The notes under the pieces: generated by a model | Databases searched by the model: none | The model's input: only the letters and a program-made list of their open reading frames with translations | What the model was told of the DNA's origin: nothing | Source: Octopus sinensis | Lineage: Eukaryota | Length of the DNA: 64,000 nucleotides | Assembly (NCBI RefSeq): GCF_006345805.1 | Contig: NC_043022.1 | Span: 3,472,001 to 3,536,000 of the forward strand | Direction: 5' to 3' | Program-made: the position numbers and the translations under genes | Shown: one piece after another, positions 1 through 12,127 of the stretch | Numbering within the stretch: the first letter of the stretch is position 1 | Layout of the letters: each line of letters starts with the position of its first letter

Positions 1-347
1 AAAGTTGCCACTCGTGGGATTTGAACATGGAATGTGAAGAACTGTAAATGTAACACATGGAATTTTTTCTGATGTTCTAATGATTCTGCCACTGAGTTTT
101 TTTGGGTTGGTGGAAATATTGTTAGATTGACCTTAGATGCACAGATCAGTAGGTGTTTAATGAGAGAGAGAGAGAGAGAGGATGGAGGAAGAGAGAAATA
201 GGGAAAGAGTGGGACAAAGAGAGGAAGAGAGAGGACAAAAGATAGACAGAGAGAAAGAGATAGAGACAAGAGAGAGGACAAAAGATAGACAGAGAGGTGA
301 GAGAGGGAAGAGAGAGGGAGAGAGAGAGAGAGAAGCTGGGAGCTTAC

Positions 348-484
348 CTATTTCCATGACACCATTTAGTAAGATTGAATAAACCAAAATCAGTGATGAC
401 AACTTTGCCGGTCTCTTCCCAAAATATATTTTTAGTCTTCAAATCTTTGTGTATGATTCCCCTTGCATGTAAGTACCCCATGCC
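348..484 (-). CDS. KSR: KSR exon n (137 nt, phase 0 to 2), catalytic loop and DFG
   Basis: Acceptor ttttgtttgcag, donor AG/gtaagc. Translates [45 protein letters not shown]. Confidence 0.96.
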
Positions 485-540
485 CTGCAAACAAAACAAG
501 AAGAAAACAAGGGGGAAAATAAATAACTAAAAATAACAAA

Positions 541-1422
541 CTTCATACATACATACACGCTTCTCTCACACACACATACGTACACTCTCACACCCACATA
601 CGTACACTCTCACACACACATATGCTCTCGCCCTCACACATACATAAGCTCTCTCTCTCACACACACATACGTACACTCTCACACCCACATACGTACACT
701 CTCACACACACATACATACACTCTCTCATACACACCCATACATATGCTCTCTCTCTTTCACACACATGCTCTCTCTCTCTCACTTATACATACACTCTCA
801 TACACACATACGCTATCTCACAAACACATACGCTCTCTCACACATACATACACTCTCTCAGACATACATACACTCTCTCACACATACATACACTCTCTCA
901 GACATACATACGCTCTCTCACACATACATACACTCTCTCAGACATACATACGCTCTCTCACACATACATACACTCTCTCAGACATACATACGCTCTCTCA
1001 CACATACATACACTCTCTCAGACATACATACGCTCTCTCACACATACATACGCTCTCTCAGACATACATACGCTCTCTCACACATACATACACTCTCTCA
1101 GACATACATACGCTCTCTCACACATACATACACTCTCTCAGACATACATACACTCTCTCAGACATACATACACTCTCTCAGACATACATACGCTCTCTCA
1201 CACATACATACACTCTCTCAGACATACATACACTCTCTCAGACATACATACGCTCTCTCACACATACATACACTCTCTCAGACATACATACACTCTCTCA
1301 GACATACATACGCTCTCTCACACATACATACACTCTCTCAGACATACATACACTCTCTCAGACATACATACGCTCTCTCACACATACATACACTCTCTCA
1401 GACATACATACGCTCTCTCACA
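541..1422. repeat. Compound microsatellite, about 20-bp unit (ACACATACATACACTCTCTC-like)
   Basis: Directly visible tandem units; the source of the HTYTLS-type ORFs. Confidence 0.95.
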
Positions 1423-1704
1423 CATTGCTTATTTTCAGACTGACATTGTAGGGTAGGTGTAAGAGGTTGGATCCAACAATCTGAACATAAAGTAGAATAT
1501 TTCATACATATATAGCACTGAGGTATATATGTCGTTAACATTAACCCTTTAGCATTCAGATTTCTCTGTCAAATGTAATCCTTATTTATCCACAATGTTT
1601 TGAATTAATCTTGCATTATCTCTGAGCTTCCAAGATTTTGATGATGGGATTAATTTATAGAATGTTGTAGATTAGGTGTGAGAGGCCAGATAAGGCCAAT
1701 TTGA

Positions 1705-2745
1705 ATATAATATATAATAATGAAATTTTTGTATACAGTGCTCAGGTGCACCACAACTTGTCAGAAAGTGCATATAAAGCACATGCAGTAATGTACAAAT
1801 GTCTGGAAAGCGAACAGTGTATGAGTCAGATACCTGCTTGTGTGTGTATGGAGGGGAGAAAATCAGGTGTAGTGTTGGTGAATCTCAGGAAGCATGGAAG
1901 TTTTGAAGGATGCAGTGCTCCGACAACTAACAACTGATGCCGGCAGTTTGTTCCATGCTTCAGCAACTCTCAGCATGAAAAAATGTTTCCTAAAGTCATG
2001 GGAGCTGTGCTGTTTTCTGACTTTGTAAACATGTCCATGGGTGTTAGACAGACGGACTCGGGAAGCATGGAAATTTTGAAGGATGCAGTGCTCCGACAAC
2101 TAACAACTGATGCCAGCAGTTTGTTCCATGCTTCAGCAACTCTCAGCATAAAAAAATGTTTCCTAAAGTCATGGGAGTTGTGCTGTTTTCTGACTTTGTA
2201 AATATGTCCACGGGTGTTAGACAGACGGACTCGGGAAGCATGGAAATTTTGAAGGATGCAGTGCTCCGACAACCAACAACTGATGCCAGCAGTTTGTTCC
2301 ATGCTTCAGCAACTCTCAGCATAAAAAAATGTTTCCTAAAGTCATGGGAGTTGTGCTGTTTTCTGACTTTGTAAACATGTCCATGGGTGTTAGACAGACG
2401 GACTCGGGAAGCATGGAAATTTTGAAGGATGCAGTGCTCCGACAACTAACAACTGATGCCAGCAGTTTGTTCCATGCTTCAGCAACTCTCAGCATAAAAA
2501 AATGTTTCCTAAAGTCATGGGAGTTGTGCTGTTTTCTGACTTTGTAAATATGTCCACGGGTGTTAGACAGGCGGACTCAGGAAGCATGGAAGTTTTGAAG
2601 GATGCAGTGCTCTGCCAACTAACAACTGATGCCAGCAGTTTGTTCCATGCTTCAGCGTGAAAAAATGTTTCCTGAAGTCATGGAAGGAGCTGTGCTGTTT
2701 TCTTACTTTGTAAACATGTCCACGGGTGGGGTTTGAAAAGGTGCT
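1705..2745 (-). mobile_element. CR1/L2-type LINE 3' end with about 5 tandem copies of a 173-bp segment
   Basis: Minus-strand translation NTRGHIYKVRK..RKHFFMLRVAEAWNKL matches the TRGH..RKxFFxxRVxxxWNxLP C-terminus of CR1-clade ORF2. ORF starts recur at 1983, 2156 and 2329. Confidence 0.85.
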
Positions 2746-2873
2746 CAGAGTTATTGTTTGTTTGTATGCAACAGATAGGAATATTTAGGCTGGACCTGGT
2801 CAGTTTAAATGCTAAAGAGTTAAACACACACACATAGGCATACCAACAGGTGGAAAGACGGAATAGAACTGAC

Positions 2874-2970
2874 CTGTGCTATTTGAGTAGCGATATATAC
2901 AGTTTTGCTGAATTGGAACTTTTGACGAAATTCGTAAATGCTTGAAAAGAGTGATTTCCCTTTACAGAAG
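2874..2970 (-). CDS. KSR: KSR exon m (97 nt, phase 2 to 0), kinase subdomains V-VIa
   Basis: Acceptor ttttttatttcag, donor CAG/gtcagt. Translates SFCKGKSLFSSIYEFRQKFQFSKTVYIATQIAQ. Confidence 0.93.
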
Positions 2971-3200
2971 CTGAAATAAAAAACAACAATAATAGCAATC
3001 AAAGGGATGTGAGTTCGAGTCTCATGGCTGGTTGCTGACAGAATTTTCCCGCTTTATATGGACATTTTATCCTTTCTCTGCTGTTCTATCAGCGTTTCTG
3101 TGTTTAAGAATAAATTGGGATCTTTTCCGTTTGAACGGCAGTTTGTAACATAATTTCTAGGTAACTAAAAAGTTTTAAACTTCGTATACTGGTAGAATCT

Positions 3201-3570
3201 CTCTCTATATAAACGGCAGTTTGTCTGTGCGTGTTTCTGTGTGTCTGTTTGCTTGTACCCTCACCCTGACCACGGCTTTCAACCGATTCTGATGAAACTT
3301 GACACACACATAGCCCAATGTCATAATTCAAAACTAACGCACCGAAAATTTTGAAAAGTTCCCCCAGTTCTGAAAAAATCGATAAATTCGACATGGGGTC
3401 GAGAATCAGAAACACAAACCGCAAACTGTCTAGGGGACGCAACTCCACCTTTTTTTACTCTCAAATAAAAATTTACCATCGTTTTTTTCCATTTTTTTGC
3501 CTATAACTCTAAAAATGCTTTATAGTTATTTCCCTTACAAACCTGAGCAACGCCGGGCGATACTGCTAGT
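3201..3570 (+). mobile_element. Helitron/Helentron-like non-autonomous element
   Basis: Starts tctctctatataaac and ends gagcaacgccgggcgatactgCTAGt (subterminal GC hairpin plus CTAG). Its 3' part recurs inverted at 45222. Confidence 0.65.
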
Positions 3571-4205
3571 GTGTTTATAAAACATCATTTTCTCTTGGCT
3601 TTATTGAGAAAATTCTATAAGTTGTAAGATATTTCGTCTGAAATTTCAAGCATTTCAGCAATTTTAACCAATCACTGACCTCCATTTAGGTAAATAACAT
3701 TCTGTGCATAATGAATATGTCCCTCCTTTAAGAAACAGATTGGGTTTATTTACGTTTGTGAAGAAAAAAGATACCCTTCCCCCACCCCTAACCCTAAATC
3801 TAAAATAGATTGAAATGCTATATTCATTTGACACCGCTAGAAAAAAATCTCATTTTCCGTAGCGGTGTCGTATGAAATTGTCACCCATAATTATAACCCT
3901 AGTATCAATCTATTGCATTTCAATCTATTTTAGATTTAGGGTTAAAGTTAGGGTTAGGGGTTGGGGAAGGGTATCTTTTCTTCTTCACAAATGTAAATAA
4001 ACCCAATTTGTTTCTTAAAGGAGGGACATATTCATTATGCACAGAATGTTATTTACCTAAATGGACGCTAGTGATTGGTTAAAATTGCCGAAATGCAAGA
4101 GATTAAAGACAAAATATGTTACAACCTATAGAATTTTCTCAATAAAGCCAAGAGAAAATGATGTTTTATAAACACACTAGCAGCATAGCCCGGCATTGCC
4201 CGGGT
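3541..4205. repeat. Long inverted repeat: arms of about 280 bp (3541-3818 and 3915-4205), spacer about 96 bp
   Basis: ctagtgtgtttataaaacatcattttctcttggctttattgagaaaattc and its reverse complement at 4133-4180. The arms contain TTAGGG-like units. Confidence 0.9.
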
Positions 4206-5636
4206 ATGTAAGAGCCCCTAGTAGGCAACGACTAATCCCAATCTAGTCCTTTCCCTCTAGGGAACGAAGGCGCATGTGTAGGTTGCAATGTCTTCTCTTC
4301 ACTCGAATACTTCTGTGTATACGATGTTCCTAGCTGTCCCTTTGGGCGATAAAAAGGTCGAGTTGCATCCCCTAGACAGTCTGTGGTTTGTGTTTAATAC
4401 ACAAATCGGTTTGCTATGTGTGCCACATATGATTTAATTAACCAATTTTTCCAGTAATAAAGTATCCTATTGGAATAAAAAGGGCCATATAGCTCCTTGG
4501 AGCAGACATGATACTCGCTGTGAATTTAAAAAAAATTCCTGCCAATTTGTGAAAGATATTGTCGAAAATATGTCATCTTGAATTTGAATGCGATTTTCCA
4601 AAATGGCATGATTTTATCGATTTTTTTCTGATGGTAAGGTATTGCATGGAAAACTAACGTCAGAATTAAGTTTCTTAGGGTAACATTAAGCTTCACCATG
4701 AGTTTGGTGAAAATCGATTGCAAGTTGCGAAAACTACAAAACTGGGGGAACTTTTCAAAATTTTCGCTGAGGCACAAGGCCTGAAACTTGCAGGGAGGGG
4801 ACTAGTTGATTAAATCAAACCCCCAATGTTTCACTGGTACTTAATTTATCGACTCTGAAAGGATGAAAGGCAAAGTCGACCTTGGCGGGATTTGAACCCA
4901 GAACGTAACGATGGGCAGAATACTACTAAGCATTTCATCCAGCATGCTAACGATTCAGCCAGCTCACCACAATACTACTACTACTACTACTGATACCACT
5001 ACAACTACTACTACTACTACTCTTTTACTCTTTACTCTTTGACTCGTTTCAGTCATTAGACTGCGGCCATGCTGGAGCACCGCTTTTAATTGAGCAACTC
5101 AACCCCGGGACTTATTCTTTTGTAAGCCCAGTACTTATTCTATCGGTCTCTTTTGCCGAACCACTAAGTACTACTACTACTACTAATAATAATAATAATA
5201 ACGGTGGTTTCAAATTTGGGCACAAGGCCAGCAATCTTAGAGCAGGGAGTAAATGGTTAATGCTGTGACAGACTGGTGCTCTGTTCAGAGGGTATGTTGG
5301 CCTGTCTGCTTAGCCAGTGGGGTGGCATCATTTGAAAAGCTACAATGCAAGGAAGCGCATTGTGACAAGCAGTGTATAACAATATGGTACTCTGGTTGAT
5401 ACAGTGATAAAGTACACACCAGCACACACTCATGTATAGTGTGTGGCTGTATAGTATAATTTTCACCGATGCATATCAATCAAGGGCGAAAATACTGGTA
5501 AGAAATGGTGGAAGGGGAAAACCCTGCAAAAAGTTATGAACAAAGTCCCTAGAAATTTTTGTTCTGCACCGAGTTATTGACACTCCCTTGTAATTCTCCC
5601 CAACCAAAATGCAACGAACCAGTGACTGGCCTATGG

Positions 5637-5667
<31 letters not shown>

Positions 5668-5671
<4 letters not shown>

Positions 5672-6110
5672 AGTAGTTGAATGAATTATCCTAGTATGGA
5701 TAATTCGGTGGGCAGTCATCTAAAAGTTTTTGTTCATCATGATGCTGACATAAGTTCCTTGTCTCTCCTGATGAGAAGACGGCATAATGCACCCCTTATT
5801 CCTTTGAAATTAGGAATATGCAGTCTTCGAAACATATGTCGAGAATAAAGGAATTTTGTTAAATCGTCGTTCAACTCCATTCTTTCATTTATTTGTATAT
5901 ATATATATATATATATATAACGGGAAGGTTTACGAAAATAAACAAAAGACGAAGGCAGGTGGAGTACAAACAAACAAATGTATTAGTATGGCGCTCAGGA
6001 ATAGAAACAGAATAAGTCTTTTACATTTCGAGCCTACGCTCTTCGACAGAAAGATACACAGAAAAAAAACAACAGAGAAACAGGAGAGAAAAAAAATGCG
6101 TGTAGGAGCT
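5668..6110 (-). mobile_element. (TA)n-flanked dispersed repeat, possibly Penelope-like-element derived; second partial copy at about 26722-27000
   Basis: The block aggcggcataatgcaccccttattcc...ctccattctttcatttattt is shared between the two loci, and the element carries a minimal hammerhead-like motif at 6017-6054. The family assignment is inference. Confidence 0.5.
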
Positions 6111-6185
6111 AACGATGTAGGGAATAGAGGGGACAAGACAGCAAAGAAGGATGGCCAGAGATAAATATGTTAACAATAGAGGTAC

Positions 6186-6274
6186 CTGGTCACGATGGCT
6201 AAATCTGGGGGCTTCATACAAGCACCCATGAAGAGAACCAAATTTTCATGTCGTGTCTTCTTTAGCATTGCCAC
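6186..6274 (-). CDS. KSR: KSR exon l (89 nt, phase 0 to 2), kinase subdomains III-V
   Basis: Acceptor cttgtgtttcag, donor AG/gtacct. Translates [29 protein letters not shown]. Confidence 0.95.
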
Positions 6275-6324
6275 CTGAAACACAAGAACACATAATGGAA
6301 ACTATAAGGAAGCCGTGTCATGTA

Positions 6325-7480
6325 TGTGTGAATGTGAGTATGTTTGTTAGACTATGCTCGTGTGCATGTGTGTGAGTGTATGAACGCTGCAGAGAGAGAG
6401 AGAGAAGGAATGTTTGTGTATGTGTTTGAGACAGAAAGAAAACGTGTGTGTGTGTGTATGTGTGAGAGAGCATGTATGTGTGTGTGAGAGAGCGTGTATG
6501 TGTGTGTGAGAGAGCGTGTATGTATGTGTGAGAGAGCGTGTATGTGTGTGTGAGAGAGCGTGTATGTATGTGTGTGAGAGCGTGTATGTATGTGTGTGAG
6601 AGCGTGTATGTATGTGTGAGAGAGCGTGTATGTACGTGTGAGAGAGCGTGTATGTATGTGTGAGAGAGCGTGTATGTATGTGTGTGAGAGAGAAAGGTAG
6701 AGAGAGTGTATGTATGTGTGAGAGTGTATGTATGTGTGTGAGAGAGTGTATGTGTGTGAGAGAGTGTATGTGTGAGAGTGCATGTATGTGTGTGAGAGAA
6801 TGTATGTATGTGTGAGAGAGTGTATGTATGTGTGTGAGAGTGTATGTATGTGTGAGAGAGAGTGTATGTATGTGTGTGTGAGAGAGAGAGAAAGTGTGTA
6901 TGTATGTGTATGAGAGAGTGTATGTATGTGTGTGAGAGAGTGTATGTATGTGTGAGAGAGTGTATGTATGTGTGAGAGAGAGTGTATGTATGTGTGTGAG
7001 AGAGTGTATGTATGTGTGAGAGAGAGTGTATGTATGTGTGAGAGAATGTATATGTGAGAGTGTATGTATGTGTGTGAGAGAGTGTATGTATGTGTGTGAG
7101 AGAGTGTATGTATGTGTGAGAGAGAGTGTATGTATGTGTGAGAGAATGTATGTATATGTGAGAGAGTGTATGTATGTGTGTGAGAGAGTGTATGTATGTG
7201 TGAGAGAGTGCATGTATGTGTGTGTGTGAGAGAGTGTATGTATGTGTGTGAGAGAGTGTATGTATGTGTGTGAGAGAGTGTATGTATGTGTGTGAGAGAG
7301 TGTATGTATGTGTGAGAGAGTGTATGTATGTGTGAGAGAGTGTATGTATGTGTGAGAGAGTGTATGTATGTGTGTGTGAGAGAGTGTATGTATGTGTGTG
7401 TGAGAGAGAGAAAGTGTGTATGTATGTGTGTGAGAGAGAGTGTATGTGTGTGTATAAAAGAGTGTGTGTGAGTGTGTGTA
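6325..7480. repeat. Compound (GAGAGTGTATGTATGTGT)n microsatellite filling almost all of the intron between exons k and l
   Basis: Directly visible; the complement of the 541-1422 motif. Confidence 0.95.
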
Positions 7481-7526
7481 TGCAGTTTGTCTGCGTAGAA
7501 CTGAGATGCAATGAAGTCCTTCTTAC

Positions 7527-7617
7527 CTCCAATTTGAAAGCAGACAGTTGTGCCTGGAAGTCCGACGTCGGGTCTATGTTTAGTTTCTTTATAGCTACGT
7601 CCCCATGCCAATGGCCT
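7527..7617 (-). CDS. KSR: KSR exon k (91 nt, phase 2 to 0), kinase subdomains II-III
   Basis: Acceptor ctctcattgcag, donor GAG/gtaaga. Translates KGHWHGDVAIKKLNIDPTSDFQAQLSAFKLE. Confidence 0.95.
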
Positions 7618-7889
7618 CTGCAATGAGAGAGAGACAGACACGGACACACGGCTTTAGTTGGTGGCCTTACACAAACAGTCTATAGTCCTTAGCTAAACAC
7701 AAACACACTGCATGTAGTCACCGTAACACACACACACGCATGCGCGCATACTAACATGCATACTAAACACACAGCACCAGTTGATAGTTAGAAACAGTGT
7801 ATAGGCTCCAGCTACAGACACTGGTATTGCACACAAGTGTTTATACCGAAGTAGCGTAATATAGAGTGTGTCTGTCTGTGCCTGGAGCC

Positions 7890-8152
7890 TATGCATCATC
7901 ATCATCATTGTTCAACCGTGGTCGAGACAATAGAATTTACCATGCTACGCCAGACTTCACGGTCCATCATAGCATTACGGAGGTCCTGTTGCTGGATGCC
8001 TGTATCCTTGGAGATTACATCAGGGTAGGAGAGTGTGCGCCCTCTGGTATTGCGAGTAGATGGCTTCCAGAGGAGAAGAGTAGAAATTACCTCTTTTTCA
8101 GCTCTACAACAATGTCCAGCAAACTGGACTCTCCTACCTTTCACAAGGGATG
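7890..8152 (-). mobile_element. RTE-clade LINE 3' fragment
   Basis: RRVQFAGHCCRAEKEVISTLLLWKP..RGRTLSYPDVI..DREVWR, with a (GAT)n tail. Confidence 0.85.
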
Positions 8153-8257
8153 ACACAACTGATGCTGTGTGCTTAGGATGTGTGTTGTGGTGAAAGAGAG
8201 AGAGAGACTGGGCTATGGTATATAAAAGCTGAAGCAGAAATCAAGGTCGATACTTAC

Positions 8258-8349
8258 TTATGTACAATACCAAACCGCCCTATGCCTATTCGGTCTCCAA
8301 TTGTAATATCTTCAAAAGGAATATTCCACTCTTTCAGTTGAACGGACAG
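8258..8349 (-). CDS. KSR: KSR exon j (92 nt, phase 0 to 2), kinase Gly-rich loop
   Basis: Acceptor ttgttgcttgtag, donor AA/gtaagt. Translates LSVQLKEWNIPFEDITIGDRIGIGRFGIVH. Confidence 0.95.
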
Positions 8350-8424
8350 CTACAAGCAACAAGAAAAAAACACTGCGTTAAAAATACACAAAATAATAAA
8401 GAAAAAGGAAAAAACATGTCTCTT

Positions 8425-8822
8425 TCACTCTTTTACTTGTTTCAGTCATTTTGACTGCGGCCATGCTGGAGCACCGCCTTTAGTCGAGCAACTCAACCCC
8501 GGGACTTATTCTTTTTGTAAGCCCAGTACTTATTCTATCGGTCTCTTTTGCCGAACCGCTAAGTAACGGGGATGTAAACACACCAGCATCGGTTGTCAAG
8601 CAATGCTGGGGGACAAACACAGACACACAAACACACACACACATATATATACATATATACGACGGGCTTCTTTCAGTTTCCGTCTACCAGATCCACTGAC
8701 AAGGCATTGGTCGGCCCGAGGCTATAGCAGAAGACACTTGCCCAAGGTGCCACGCAGTGGGACTGAACCCGGAACCATGTGGTTGGTAAACAAGCTACTT
8801 ACCACACGGCCACTCCTGCGCC
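8425..8822 (-). mobile_element. tRNA-derived SINE, dominant family (about 20 full or partial copies in the window)
   Basis: Head aggcgcaggagtggctgtgtggt (A box)..ggttcagtccc (B box). Other copies near 5020, 10030, 15050, 15845, 21420, 21730, 22975, 24930, 37724, 38240, 41517, 43245, 44335, 44930, 47270, 50262, 52460, 53335, 56995, 62381. Confidence 0.9.
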
Positions 8823-9349
8823 TGTCAACTTTGTTAAGATTATTTCTAGTCTAGACCCCGTCAACTGTTTATGTTTACTATTTCCAAACGCAGACCCTCA
8901 CCAATTTCTTCAGGATCAAATATTTCACATAATAAACTAACCACATGCGACATATTGTTTTAATGGAAGCAATGAAAGGCCTTGTACTGCTGTGTAGCGA
9001 CAAGACCCTAGGGTAGATCAAGCACCCTGATATATCATAGCTTATCAAGTCTTGTCTGACATTGATGATAATTATCATGGTGGCATTAGGAAGGGCATCC
9101 AGCCGTAGAAACACTGCCAGATCAGACTGGGCCTGGTGCAGCCTTCTGGCTTCCCAGACCCCAGTTAAACCGTCCAACCCATGCTAGCATGGAAAGCGGA
9201 CGCTAAATGATGATGATGATGATTTAACATGTTTTCCATGTTGGCATGGGTTGGACAGCTGGACAGGAGACGGCAAAACCAGGGACCACATCAAGTTCCA
9301 TTGTTTCGGCTACAGCCGGATGCCCTCACTCATGCCAACCACTCTACAG

Positions 9350-9660
9350 AGTAGTTAGTTAGTTAATTTGGCTCAAAAGCAAATAACAAGGCCATGTAGG
9401 GGGACATGGAGTTAAGTACAGGGTGGTGTTCATGTAAAGAGTTCAGGCCACTTGAGGTCAAGGGAGTTTTTGAACCGAGCGGTCGTTGGCATCTTCACCA
9501 TCTCGTCTGGCAGCTTGTTCCACGGATCCGCAACCCGGACGGAGAAAGCTCCTCTCCTTCGATTGAGATGAAATCGTCGCAGGTAGAGCTTTTCGGAATG
9601 ACCCCGCAGCCGACGCTCTGGAGTACACTGGGTACTTTTTACTTGGTACCAACACCAACT
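9350..9660 (-). mobile_element. CR1-type LINE 3' fragment (second family)
   Basis: LRGHSEKLYLRRFHLNRRRGAFSVRVADPWNKLPDEMV, with a short (TAAC)n tail. Confidence 0.85.
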
Positions 9661-9716
9661 CAAGAGGTAATCCTAGAAACCCTGCAAAGTCGCAATAAAA
9701 GCTCAGATTTACTCAC

Positions 9717-9809
9717 ACTGTGTTGTCGGGTCCAGCTGTGTTCTGATGAATCCTCGGGGGCCAACTCAGAAGAATCAACTCTGTCCAGCAGAGTCTTATC
9801 CTCTATACT
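9717..9809 (-). CDS. KSR: KSR exon i (93 nt, phase 0 to 0)
   Basis: Acceptor ttcttttttgcag, donor AGT/gtgagt. Translates SIEDKTLLDRVDSSELAPEDSSEHSWTRQHS, resembling KSR RVDS..WPRQNS. Confidence 0.9.
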
Positions 9810-11177
9810 CTGCAAAAAAGAACATCCCAATGTTAACAAACCATATACCAGTCATACAAGTGGTTCTCAACCATTTTTTTTTTGGCCTGTGGACCCCTTA
9901 TGATTCTTATTTTGCTCTACTGGGACCCCATAGCCGTTTGAAATTTTAAAAAATCCCGTCATATTTTTATAATTAAATATCATTAGGAACTGTATAAAAA
10001 AAAATTGTTAAAATATTTTATTCTTTTTTTCTTTTACTGGTTTCAGTCATTTGAGTGCGACCATGCTGGAGCACTGCCTTTAGCCAACCAAATCGATTCC
10101 AAGACTTATTCTTTGTAAGCCTAGTATTTAATTACCATCTTTTGCCCAACTGCTAAGTTACGGAGGACGTAAACACACCAACATCGGCTTTTAAGCGATG
10201 CTGGGAACAAACACATACATACATATATATACATTGGGCTTCGTTCAGTTTCCATCTACCAAATTCACTCATATGGCCTTGGTCGGCCCAGGCCTATAGT
10301 AGAAGACACTTGCCCAAGGTGCCACGCAGTGGGACTGAACCTGGAACCATGTGGTTGGGAAGCAAGCTTCTTACCACACAGCCACGCCTGTGCCTATTTT
10401 GTGTATTGTAGAGGTATAACCAAAATATTGCACATAATTTGGGGTCTGGAATTTTGGTACAAGGTCAACGATTATGGGGGAGGGGTTAAATCAAATACAT
10501 TGACCCCAGTAATTAACTGGTATTTATTTTATCAACCCCAAAAGGATAAAAGGCAAAGCTGACCTTAATGGAAATTGAACTCAGAACATAAGGATGGATG
10601 AAATGCTGTTATGCATATTTTGTCTGGCGTGCTAATGATTCTGCCAGCTCACAATATATTATGATTAAATATTATTAAGATGTGTATAGAAAAAAAAAAA
10701 ATTATTAAAATGTCTTCCGTATGGTACAAGTATAACCAATTCATCTATATATGTATATATATATATATATATATAAAACTGAGAATGCACACATGTGTGT
10801 GCATCACTAAAGCTCAAGAACTACCCAACTGATTTCATTCAAATTTTACATATACACTACTTAGGGTCCACAGTGTATCATGGGCCAAAATTTGCAACTT
10901 TTTGCCTGATGCAAGCCTGGAACAATCACTTAGACTGTTTCAGTATTACGTGTTAAAAGTGAAACAATAACATCTCTATTGTAATGTGAGATAATAGTTT
11001 CAGTTTTAATACTTTCACTATGTATATAATATATACATAGTGAAACCATTATTCTGCTGGTTGCACATAATTTTTAACAACTAAATTTTATAAGGACTCA
11101 CAAGGGTCATGTGGACTTTGGTTGCGAACCATTGAGTTACACAAATGAAATATAAGACTGTTACCAGTCATACTTAC

Positions 11178-11226
11178 AGGTACAAGGGTTCTATCGCTGT
11201 CATCAGATGTTGTGGTGTTGACATCA
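11178..11226 (-). CDS. KSR: KSR exon h (49 nt, phase 2 to 0)
   Basis: Acceptor tttatatatttcag, donor CCT/gtaagt. Translates IDVNTTTSDDSDRTLVP. Confidence 0.85.
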
Positions 11227-11433
11227 CTGAAATATATAAACAAGATGAATGTAATTGCATATCTTTCATTTTCCAAACGACAAAATACATTTCCCAATCA
11301 ACTTTAAGCTTATTGTAGCTGGACAATCACAGCAAGAATGTGAAATTCAAATAGCTAGATGTGAAGTGCAACATATCAGGACAATCTCCCCTGAAAACTA
11401 CCCAACTTGGGTAATTACCCCCTCTCCAATATA

Positions 11434-11749
11434 TTAACCCCTTACCCAACAATTATTTTGAAAATAAATGTATTTTTTCAGACATATTTTTTAATTGTTT
11501 TATTTTACTATGTTTTGAATGGTGATTTCGAGGTATATTTCAAACCTTATTTATTATGAATTTTAATTCAATAATATTGATTTTAAATTACTGCTTTGGG
11601 CAGAAACGAGTTAACCCGTTTTTAGACGAAGGAACTCGTTTGCTGTCGATTTTGGCGAGTCTATCTTTTGATGAGTTAACTCGCCAGAGATAGAAAAAAA
11701 CGATTTCAGTCAAAACGCATATATTCGTTTCTGCCGGGTAAGGGGTTAA
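11434..11749. mobile_element. piggyBac-like MITE
   Basis: Perfect terminal inverted repeat ttaaccccttaccc / gggtaaggggttaa, bounded by TTAA. Confidence 0.75.
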
Positions 11750-12127
11750 GAAGCTTTAAATCATCATTTGCTGTCCTCAGGGGTAAATGGTCCAAGACTC
11801 GACTGCAATAACCACGAACAAGTCCAGACCCTTGGCATTGACTTACTTTTCAGAACATCTCATCTATATCTACATACATTATACAAGTATCAGGTACGGG
11901 TGGGGGGACATGTGCTGTTTGTCAGTTATTGCTCAGGTTGTCCCAGGTAGGTCTCTGAGTAGTTTCCTAGTCAGTCCCCATCTACGTGAATTACTTCCTC
12001 ATCTGCTGTGTCCACATGGCAGGAGGCTGACCACTATGCACTGCTGCCCTAGCCAGATCCTCAGAGAAGACTATGATACACAAGATTCAACTTGGAAAAT
12101 GAAGCAACATGACCAAATACTTTCCGC

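Noticed and set aside
622-1451. Long His/Thr/Ser-rich ORFs (also 6318-7649 and 48973-49863)
   Set aside because: They are translations of stop-poor CA/TC microsatellites. The only real coding part is exon k (7527-7617) at the head of ORF 6318..7649.
3935-3962. Interstitial telomere
   Set aside because: Only 2-3 imperfect TTAGGG units, inside a mobile-element arm.
8860-8935. Minus-strand EIFDPEEIGEG segment as the KSR Gly-loop exon
   Set aside because: The true exon j (8258-8349) has the EWNIPF..GIGRFG motif and correct phases; this segment lacks splice sites.
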